NCBI RefSeq assembly: GCF_000743755.1
Contig: NW_014569487.1
Span: 1-43,027 of the forward strand
Source: Blastocystis sp. subtype 4
Lineage: Eukaryota
Direction of reading: 5' to 3'
Length of the DNA stretch: 43,027 bases
Part shown: in pieces, positions 11,633 through 22,762 of the stretch
Position numbering within the stretch: the first letter of the stretch is position 1
Layout: each line of letters begins with the position of its first letter
Program-made: the position numbers and the translations under genes
Notes under the pieces: generated by a model
Database searches by the model: none
Told to the model about the DNA's origin: nothing
Seen by the model: the letters and a program-made list of their open reading frames with translations, nothing else

Positions 11633-12654
11633 ATGTTAGGCGTTGATCAACAACCACAACGCCATTCTCGAAAACGAAGTTGTAATTTGTTTATTCAGTG
11701 AATTAGAAATAGATTCAAGTCGAATCGAAGGTAACTCTTGTGAATCCAATGTGAAGACTAGTTCCCGAAGATGTGTATAATAAGATGCCTTGCATCGATA
11801 ATTCGAATCCTGTTCACTATGAACAGTAACTTCCCATTCTTTCTCTTTCTCTTAGACTTCATATTGTATCAGATGCTAGCGATGATTTTAGTGCTTATGA
11901 GACAGTTATCCAGCCAACTGCTCATCGTCTAACTGGTGAAGCTGGTTCTTCGAACCAGAAACCGTCTTGGAGTGTCTACCACAACCCATTCCGAGAGCAT
12001 GATATCTCTTCCTTTCCTTTAGACCTTCGACAGCGATTAGCGCAGTTTCCTATTGTAACACAAATTGCCATTCTAAAGAGTCCTGAATTACAATTACGAT
12101 ATTTCCCAGAATATTGCTATCCTAAGAATGGTTCAGAAAATATTCAGAAATGATTAGAGATGGCCTTTCCTATACCTTGTTTTGTTGTTATCTTTCCTAT
12201 GCAAATGGAGACAGATCGAAATATGCTTGCTTCTTCTGATTGTGACCTAAGAGAACCATTCCTGGAATATGATGACGAAATTGTGCGTGTTGCACCTGCA
12301 ATAAACATGAAAGATCCGTTTTCGAGTTCTTCCTTCAATGAGATTGAAGTGCCAACACCAACTTTATTTCCACCTGAACCTACTTTTAAACCCCTCCCTG
12401 TTCGTTGTGTGGATACGAGTACTTGTCTTTCACATCTCGACGATATTTCCACAAAGGCAGCCTGGATTCGAAGGAAACAATGTAAAGAACGAAGGAGAAA
12501 ACGAATGGCAATTCTTAGACAAAAGCGATTATCGGGTGAGATAAGTCTTCTTCATTGTCAACGGAAGTATGAAGGTCTTCAAAATCATGCTAGATATCGA
12601 AGACGTAGTCATGGTCGTTTTGTAAAGGATGATGTCTATGTTGATGCATATTGA
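11633..12654 (+). CDS. CCT-motif (CCT/NF-YA-like) putative transcription factor
   Basis: C-terminal RRKRMAILRQKRLSGEISLLHCQRKYEGLQNHARYRRRSHGRFVK. 5' exons reconstructed from ATG 11633 with lower certainty. TGTTTGTT ~30 nt after the stop. Confidence 0.6.
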
Positions 12655-12793
12655 GTTTTCTTGTTATAATAAATTCCATTCGTTCTGTTTGTTCGATCTG
12701 TAAAGACAAAAACACACAGTTCTTTGTATTTATGTCAGAAAACACACTAGTTTTTGTTGAGTATATCCCAGATTAAGGTTTCTACGTGTATTC

Positions 12794-13608
12794 ATGAAGA
12801 TGCAGTGTTCTTCTGAATACAAAATCCCGAAATTGCAAGGTATGACCCAGTCATCGCCATCTGCTGGGGAAAGTCATCCTCCTCTCTCGCAAGATAAAGG
12901 GTCGTCATTTAAAGAAGGAGATGTTCATTTAGTAAGTCATTCGCCTGTCCCTTGTCTTCGTCCTCCTCCACCTGTTCAACTGCGGCATCACCATGTGCTT
13001 CCAAACAATGTTGTTAATTATTCCAGGATCTTACCGAAGGTAACGAAGGGTCCTATGGAACCTCTGTATGCAAAGTGATGGTTCTAATCTTTTCTCACAA
13101 CTAGAGTGAGTAGAAAACAGAGATTTGATAGTAGAGAGAATAACCTTTCTTCGGCAATTGATGTGGTTGAGGTAGGTTTTAAGGGCTACTGTATATTGTA
13201 GTATAAAGAAGAGTATAGGATATTTGTGGATTTACCTTCGGTATTACCCGATTCTATTCGCATCTTGGTACAAAAAGGTGGAATTCGGATCGAGGGGGTA
13301 CGGTGTGTACAATATGATGGTTGCACGAAAATTCTTTTGAGAAGACGCCCGTCTGGGAAGTTTTTTGTTCTTCTTCCTGTAGGAGTGAGGATACCGGTTA
13401 AATATAGTGTGATCATTCTCTGATTGAAGTCAGTAATGCAAAAGCGACATATGGCAATGGAGAGTTATCCATAAGTCTGAAGAAGAAGCCTGCTGCTCTC
13501 AAACGGTCATTCCAGGAGGATCACTCTAAACAGGAGTGTAATATTCCGCGTGTTGACACTGTATGTACTATTCAGAACTGCTCTGTTTCAGAAAAGAAGA
13601 CTGCGTAA
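12794..13608 (+). CDS. Small heat-shock protein (HSP20/alpha-crystallin domain) with Pro-rich N-terminus
   Basis: Spliced AIDVVE|YKEEYRIFVDLPSVLPDSIRILVQKGGIRIEGVR...RRRPSGKFFVLLP|CDHSLIEVSNAKATYGNGELSISLKK matches the HSP20 pattern (DLPG, ISGER, AxYxNGxLxI). Confidence 0.75.
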
Positions 13609-13799
13609 TTATTGTTTTGTTTATTGCTACACAATCTAGTAGTAGCGACGAACTAATTCACATTTGCAGAAGAATCCTGTCTTACTGTCTCTTTGAATTG
13701 CCCTTTCAGTTCCTCTCATGTAGTCGTTATGAAAGAGACATATCAAGCCAAAGTACTTAAGCAACGAAATCAAAAATCGCTTCCAGTAGCTAAAGGAAA

Positions 13800-14221
<422 letters not shown>

Positions 14222-14712
14222 ACAAGACTGGTGTTTGTGAATACCAAAGTGATGTGTTTGTTTCAATCAGTCTATTCATCAATTGTCTTCTTGTTCATCA
14301 ACCATTTGTATAATAGAGTTGGTTCTTGTCAAGATGTTCCAGAACTTTCGATGGAACAATCACCAATATTATTTTTCTTGAATAGTTTTAATGAACTGTT
14401 TAAAACGAAGTGTATATTCTGAAGACTCAGAATTGGAGAACAAGCGAAGATGCGTTAATGGTATTCAATACAATCAACGGTTACGACCGTATGAATTATT
14501 ATTGTTTTTGTTACATCTAGGATATCACGTCAGGTCCTTCCTACCGAGTATAATAGTCCGATGTGCATTCTTCCCTCACTTTTCCTAAAGTATTATGGAA
14601 TTCACGGATCATCGTTTGAATCATATCTCAATGAACTGGACTAATTCCCTTCAGGGGTATTTGCTTTTATTGTAATATATCGTTTCCTCTATTTCGTTTC
14701 GAACAAACAAAA

Positions 14713-17700
14713 CTAAACGGATGGAAGCTTTTCTCCAGTATTCAAGTATCGGACTTCAGAAACCAGTTTTGATTTTGAATATACTTTCACGTTACAAGCT
14801 GCTCGTTCCCTAATGGCTCCTTCGACAACGGCACTCATTTTTACTTTACCTACAGTTACTTCATCTTTCTCCCCAAAGAACGGATAAAACTCAATCCGCT
14901 TCATAGAAGAACCCTGAGACAAAGTAAGTACAACAGGATAGCCGAGAATGGATAAGATACAGCGTTCCGTATACTCTTCATTACCATCCTTTATCACAGC
15001 ACACGTTTTGATTACACGTTCCCTCCCTCCAATTATAGCAGAAACTGAACCATCTTCCTTCACCTTGTTCAAAAACAATTTCCAGGGCAATATTGTTCCA
15101 TCTGGGAGTTCCTTGATATAGAAGCTTCCTTTAGGTGACTTCTTAACCACTCCCAGACAATCCACAATTGAGACCTCCTTTCCTTTCCAAATATAGAATC
15201 CCTTCCGGAATTCACCAGACAACTCAGCAAACAAGTCATAATAATACGTTCCAGTTCCATGACAAATGTAGTGATATCCACCATCTCGCCTCTCTCGTCT
15301 CGATTCTCCAATATAAAGAACTTGACCATTAGGACGGAACTCAATGGTAGCGAGAACCGGGTATTTCTTTCGACTTACGATTCGCTTCATATATCCACTT
15401 TCAAAGAATTCTACGCGTTTCCTTTCCACTCCTTGCTCATAAAGTACAGATAACAGTAACTGACCATTCTTTTGATATTCGTAGAAATACCCATCTTTTT
15501 TGCCATGCTCATAAGAGACAGATATATGGAGAGAATGAGCTTCATTCTCATAATAGTAAGAGAAATCACCATGTTTTTCGCCATCGACATAATACTCTCT
15601 TTTCTTGATAAGATCAGGATTGGAGTTATAATATTGCACCCAGGGACCATTCCGTTCACCATTCAAGAAGGAGCCACGTCCCCAGAGTGAATCATCGTTT
15701 GTTGCATAGATCGGGAATGAGCCCGAGTCCGATGTGGAGAAGAAGGTATATATGGTTTCACGAGCATCTAAGTACGTCTTCTCGGGTTTAACAGGTGTGG
15801 TAAGTGGAGTTTGTGTAGGTACAGAAGTGGATGTGCTGATCACAGACGGTGGTACAGAAGTAGGCGCAGAATTGAGTGATACAGCAACTACCGAAGAGGT
15901 AGACGTTGAGACAGACATACTAGGAACAGCAGTTGGTTGAGAGACAGGCTTTGGGCGAGATTTCTTGTAAAATGGAATAGATACAGGAGGAGATGGAGGA
16001 ACAGAATCTGGGATCGGAGGAATGATAAGAGACGAACTCTTAGTATTGTTCTCCGTTGTATTCTCGGTCATAACAGGACCATTCATAGGAGCAGGGAGAT
16101 GTACACGAGGTGAGGATCGTCGTCTTCGTGGAGATCCCAATGGACTGGACTTAGACGATAAAGGAGATGAGAGGTTTGAAGAAACTGAAGGGATACGAGT
16201 TCTGGGTGTAGTCACAGTCGTCATCATAGCCTCAGAATCGATAGGTGGAATTACTGTCGGTGATTCGAGGGTGTGTAATACAGGCTCCAAGGGAGTAGGA
16301 GTGATAACATTCGGATGCAACTCCTGTTGAGACTTAACATTCTGATAGATTGCACTCCCTATTTCTCATTCATCTAACATGCACTCACAATCATGATCTT
16401 GATTTTGATCATCATACAATGTATCATCACAAGTAACACATAAATGGGAAGAATCCATTGCACACGATCCATATCCAAGTACATGGAGTGTATGGTCTAC
16501 TTCACCATCATCAACTACATACTGCATTGAAACAGTCTGCTCACACAAGTGAAGCAAGTGCTGATGACAACCAAATTCACCTACAATTGCAGCTCCTCGA
16601 GCGACTGTTTCTGTGGTTGCTAGAGTTCGACTAAGCCTGTATGAATCAAGAAACCATCAATAAATTCAACAAAGGATATATGACAAGAACAGTTGGTTTG
16701 AAGCTCCTTCTCAATTAGATCACAGATTTGATGCATTCGCATTCCTCCACCACTAATCTCACAGACATCGATTGATCTCCATTCGATCAATACACGATGA
16801 ACAAAGTGTTTTAACTGTTGAAACAGTGAGGCACTAGCTTTCACAAAATCTTGTTCCCGCACTTCAATCACACAAATATCATTTTCAACACTTGTTAGAT
16901 TATCAATTTCTACGGCTGTCTCATCCACATCCTTCATAGAAAGATCCAACTTCACCTTTTCGCCAGACATATGAAACTGCTTGTTCATCTTCTCGCGAAT
17001 CGTTTCAGATACGCCATCAAGAGAATTCTCTTCTAAAAATTGTTGTTCAACTATCTGTGCACACACTTCTGTAAAATCATCACCTCCAAGGAAGATGTGA
17101 TCTGTCTTCTTCACTTTGATTCGATTCTAGGATTGAGAGAGAGAGTGATGTGGTACCTTGGAATACTCCACAACAGTAAGTGTTGTAGCTGTTGCACTCA
17201 TGTCAATGAACAACACAGTTAGAGGAGACGAATCAAAGGCATGATCAACATTCCGGAAGTAACCATAATCCACTGCAACAGCGATATTATCACGAAGATA
17301 CACTGCTTCACCAAAGTTTTTACAATCCAATGCCATTTGAAGTCCACGAATGTGAGAGGCAGAATAATAACTTGGAATCTAGATCACATTGTATCATTAT
17401 ACTTACAGTAATGATAATAGGAGACAGAGATATATACTTCTCCTGGGCAATCTGGGCAACGTGTTCATAGGTGTCATCAACAGTTTTCGTTGACAAATAA
17501 ATAGCATACTCAAAAATTAAAGACATCAATGCCTCGATATCATATTTACTATTCTCCAAAGTAACAAAGGCCCGTTTAGAGTTCTCAAAGGAAACTGTAG
17601 GTCTTAACTTTCCACTTTTGATTGACTGGTTCAGATCCTTATGCAAACTGTTGGATCCAAGGAGAGTCTTCAATCCCCAAAAAGTACCTTTAATATTCAC

Positions 17701-17953
17701 ACAAGTCTAGAATTAGAGCCAATCTAATAGACTACATTCAATCGGCAATGATCACCAACAGAGAAAACACCTCTTCGCACGGAGATCGCAGTCCTAGAAT
17801 CAAAATGATGCTTAAAGTGTACGGTGTACTCCTCTTTTGAGAATCATTTAAGATAAACGTCACTTCATTGCCAATAGACATGTTGGTACTTGTACTCCAT
17901 GTTGAAATCAGAAAGTCGTGGCATCCCACATCGATTGCAATGAAACGGGACAT
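14713..17953 (-). CDS. Divergent Hsp70/Hsp110-type nucleotide-binding domain fused to Pro/Ser/Thr linker and MORN-variant (YwqK-like) repeats
   Basis: IAIDVG, ILNDSQKRSTP, IIIT|IPSYY, AVAVDYG, VLFIDMSAT, LGGDDF, EKVKLDLS, EISGGGMRM, LSRTLATTETVARGAAI. A 30-nt intron joins DHD-W-SAIYQN in frame to the 535-aa ORF carrying GERNGPWVQYY / GEKHGDFSYYYE / GKKDGYFYEYQKNGQL repeats. Confidence 0.72.
16639..16679 (-). other. U12-type AT-AC intron (41 nt)
   Basis: ATATCCTTTGTTGAATTTATTGATGGTTTCTTGATTCATAC: U12 donor ATATCCTTT, branch-like TTTCTTGAT, AC acceptor. Removal restores CH|RLSRTL...ETVARGAA in frame. Confidence 0.85.
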
Positions 17954-18148
17954 CGATTTGATGCAGATATGGACAACGGAACAGTATTCTAAACTTTTGG
18001 AAATGCTAAAAGCAGGAAGATTTATTGGATTTCAATAATCAGTTCGATTATTGCATGTGACAATGACACAAATAGAGGCATATTCGCAGATCTTACTTTC
18101 GTATCTTGGTTCTAGATTTGATTAGAAGCAAATCTCATCGGATATAGA

Positions 18149-21100
18149 ATGAATCAGTTCATAACCTTTCTGCTGTTGTGTAAGTCATTCTTATGTAATT
18201 ATGTCACCAGATTGCGCAGTTAGTATGCCATGGACTGGTGATGACAATAACAAACCGGTTTTCGTTGAGCTGGGATGGATTGATGACAAATAGGAAAAAC
18301 CTCTTTCACCGAGAGACATTGATTCAAAGCTATTGAATCGTGTGGATATTCTTTCATTATTCAACAAAACTCTCAATCGCCAAAAGAAAACCGTATTTGA
18401 GCAAGTAAATACCATTCTGTATTCTCTATAATCTAGTTTATTAGCCCAAAATTCTTCATTCAACGACAATCACCTGCATTCCCTACGATAGTTCATATGA
18501 GTGAAGGAGAAGTGATCGTTATTGTTGGTGCAGATAAGAATTATGCATATGCTGTTGCAAATGCATTTCCCCATTGTACTATTCTCAATCTCATTAGAGA
18601 CAGGCGAGTTTTGTACTTATTCTGTTCGTAAGTCATGTTTAGTGATCGTTATGTCATGTATGATTATTTGTATCCATCACTTCATGGACATGTCATCTCA
18701 ATCTACATGCAGTTCACGCCAGAATCAGGTATTATACCAACTACCCTCATTTACAATTAGTTGATGAATTTATTTCGACATTGAGATCCCTTTCAGTCAA
18801 GATCGTTCTTATAGCTGACCTTGATTCTCTCGTGTTTAACAATGATTATAATGTTGATGACATAAACGAACATAGTGATGTTGAAGTGATTATCATGCTA
18901 TCTCATTATCTCTAGTTGATGTTGGCATCTTTCTACCAAATAGCCTCATTTTTGGCTATTCCATCAACTCTACCTTATAATGATTACTATCAAGTGTGGA
19001 ATACATCACCTATTGTCATTCTTGTGTACTGCATCATGATGCCTAGTTATTGAATCATTCTATTGTTCTTACGAATATTGCTTCAAAAATTGAGTATGAT
19101 TCCAACTTTTATCTGTACCTATAGTTCCATTTTCTTATGAATAGAGCTTATCCCAAAACTGAAATTCCCCGTTTTCAACAATGTCTTCCCATTGATACAC
19201 TTCGTAATCTAGAGACAAGAACAAGTGATCTGTTGGGTGTGATTGAGCTTATTGGTGAAAGTAAAGAACCAATGATCTATGGAAGCAACTTTTGTCTTCA
19301 AGGAAATCATACTCTTTTGAAAAGAACCCAAGGAAAGTACAGAAGAAGGAGAGTCAATAATGATCTTCAATATGAATCAGTGGAGGTGAAACGCCATCTA
19401 AGAAGATCAAAAAAGATGAAGGCTCGAAGACTAGAAAGTGGTGATACGAATTCTTCATTTCCGTGGAATAAACCTTCAACCACTTCTCTCTTTAACTTCT
19501 TTCCTTCTGCTTCTAATCCAATTGTTCAACCTCCTGAAGAAGAAGTTGAATCTGAATCAGAGACATATCTGATTGATCATTTACCATCTCCTCTCAAAGA
19601 TGAGACTTCAACTCAAATTGATTCTTTGATTCAAATCAGTGACAAAACAAATGCGAATATGCTTACGACTCGTTCTTTATTCAACAGTACATAGAACGAA
19701 ACTTTGATAATCATAGACACACCCATTACTGAACATTTGATGAACAAACAGAACAAAAGATGGCTCAGTTTCCTTCAACAGAATCATCCTGAATTATTTG
19801 ATTCTACTGATACTGTTAGAACCGTAGTTATTCATGGAAAGTAAGGATTAGTTTGTCCGAGTATCTGTAGGAATTTAACCCAGTTAGCAAAGAAACTGTC
19901 TCGAAAACGATCTTTCAATATGGTACTCCATCTCACTGAACCATACAATAATACACAATCTCAAATGGAGAATGGTCATTTCTTACAAGCAAATTTCACA
20001 TGGAGTGCTCAGACGATAGATTCGATTCAAACATCTCATTTCATGGCTGATATTCAGATCATCCCACTTCGAGGATTGATGAATGTCCTTCGAGGAATGA
20101 AAGAGGATGAGTAAGTACATGATTATGGATCACAAGTAGTGATGTAGTAAGTCTTATCAAGTCGGTATTAAGATTGGCTCGTTCAACATATCTAGAAGTA
20201 CCAAGTCAGAGTCTCTTACAATTGGGATATGACATGATATGTGGCAAGTATCGACAAGAGACTCTCTGTGAATTCATTGAACAATTGTATGTTTGAAAAA
20301 TGGTGAATCTGAATATAGAGCTCGTAATGATAGTTTAGAGACCAATGATTCTATTCAGACTCTCTTTCAGGATATACCATTTTCATTCCAACGATGTGAT
20401 ATATTGCTTCATCCAAGTTGTGCTTAATTCTCTTATTCATCATTCAGATACTCGTCTTTATCAAATCACTTATTCTCCTTCATTCATTCCTATTCAGGGT
20501 TTCTCATATTATTCTCTACTCCGATTTGGTGTGTCTCTTTCTATTCAACGAGTTATGATTGAACTGTTTCTTCAACTTCCATATCATCATATGATCAAAG
20601 CTAATATCACTCATATTCCTCCTTGGACTGTGTTTCTGACTCTCAATCCTCAGAGTGAATACACTGTTCTGTAAGCTTCCTTTCTTTCTTTCATTTCAAG
20701 CTATTCAAGACAATCTCAATCCTTCTCACTTCAACAGTGGGATGATGATCTCTTTACAATTATCACTAAACAGATTGATGAGGATCGGATCTCTCGTAAT
20801 CACTGAACTCTCTTTCAATTCGTAGAAGGTCATTTCTCATTCATTCATTGGGATGTGGAGAATGAGTATTTGGACCACCTCATCGCTAGTGCTTATCCAG
20901 AAGCAACCATTTTCAGCATAGGACCTTATGATGAAACTGCTGACCGTTTCATTCAAGAATCAGATCGACTTCATGTGAAGAATGCATGGAGAATGATCTA
21001 TGGAATTAACAAGAACATTGCTACTGAATGGAAAGCCAGTCCAGAACTAGTTCGCTATCAATTCATTCATCCTCATACTGTATTAGAAGGAACTTCCCAA

Positions 21101-22135
21101 CGTCCTGCTCTTCATATCAATGTAACCGAAGCTCTGTTACCCATAGCACTTACTTCCTTCATTCTACTGCCATCACCAGAACTCCTATCCATTGCTTATA
21201 CCATGTTCTTCCTAGATCCGGCTTGTATGGCTCCTATGCCAATTCGAGAGAGTGTGGATGAAGAAGCATTTTATGGAAGAGACTTGTCACTTTACGCTAT
21301 CTCTTCACATCCTATGAAGTTGATGAAACAGTACCAGAAGGAATGGATCTCGATGATTCTGAAGAAAGGAATGACATATGAAGTGATATGCGATGAACTA
21401 TGTTTGATTCGAGTGGATATTCGGAACCTAACTCGAAATGTGAATCATCACTTCCAATCGATACTTGATGGACACAAGCGGAAATATCAGATGCGGATAG
21501 AAACAGTGAATTATTTGAATAAGATTTATTCCTTACCTGAAGAAGAATCTTCACTTCCTCCCTTGCCTGCTTATTATCATTACAATAACAAGCAATATAC
21601 TGCAGTTTATCTGATACGAGAAAAGGATGATACTCAAATTCCATATGAACACATTTATGGAATTACACTTATCACAGCTTTAAGAATGACTCTTCACATT
21701 CAACAACGTAAAACTGCTTATTCTCTATTCTTGAAATTGCCTCTGTATGAAGATATGGCTCCATGGAATATCCTGTTAACAGGGTCTGAATTAACATACA
21801 TTGATTATGATACAAAGACTGAGACATTTGATCAGGATATTGTTAAAGTATATCGAATCCTGGAAGTATTAATGAACTTCAAGAGAACTATTGGTGATTT
21901 CAATATGTGTGGAGATCGAGCTGGAAATCCAGTATATAACTTTGATGTTATTAGCGAGTGTGTTCAGAGTCTGTTTAAAGGTCCTTGTTCAGATACTCGA
22001 TATCCTATTGCTTGTGGTGATGGAACCTGCAAGAGTGATTATGTATCTTGTTTACGAGATATTGATAGGAAAGCAGAAGAAGGAGAGTTACATGGGCGAT
22101 ATATGATCCCAATGAGACTTCATTTACGAAAATAG
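18149..22135 (+). CDS. Large secretory-pathway protein with repeated methyltransferase-like/kinase-like modules and C-terminal Cys-rich motif
   Basis: One continuous frame recovered across ~14 short introns. Signal peptide MNQFITFLLLYCAVS, kinase-like loop YEDMAPWNILLTGSELTYIDYD, C-terminal CSDTRYPIACGDGTCKSDYVSC, TGTTTGTT after the stop. Gene existence is solid; function is inferred. Confidence 0.6.
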
Positions 22136-22520
22136 CATGTTAGCACGATGTTTGTTGATATATGCGATTGCATAGTGATCTAGTAATATAATATGATCGC
22201 TATTCTCCGGTGAGATAAAATAGGATTAGTCATAAGGAGACGGGAGTAATTTGACAATGAGGGAAATTATGTTGAAAATCGCGGTTCCTCCAATTCTCTT
22301 TCAATACGCTAATAGTCTTTCTTGTGCTAATTGAATATCAGGATCATCTTTGAGAACCATACTATTCTGTTTGACATGCGAAGGCATTCCTGGTTCTCAG
22401 TTCAAGGACAATCATCAATCATTATGATGGTGGTTCATGATTGTGTGGAAATGAGTGAATGACGTTAAATGAGATTCAATTTGAGATTAAGAAAAGAAAG
22501 AGGATCTCAACTCTTATATC

Positions 22521-22543
22521 AATAAATAAATAATAAATAAATA
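22521..22543. repeat. Short (AATA)n-like microsatellite
   Basis: aataaataaataataaataaata in intergenic DNA. Confidence 0.5.
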
Positions 22544-22762
22544 GCATAGGATCAACTAAGAGTACTAGTAGTTATATGTGGCACTGATGAAGGTAGTCAT
22601 GATGATTGTACTATATATTATGTTAGCATCACCATTACTATAATCCTATACTGTAAGAGGAGAAAATGTCTGTCATAAAGACTAATAATAAGATTCATCG
22701 ATACCAGAAATAGACTCGATTTTGTTTAGTTCACTATTTGTTGTCGTTTCAATTGATTTACC

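Noticed and set aside
15130..15690. YwqK-like repeats as a bacterial toxin-antitoxin module or contamination
   Set aside because: In frame with an intron-containing eukaryotic gene, no adjacent toxin, and ends with the host 3' motif.
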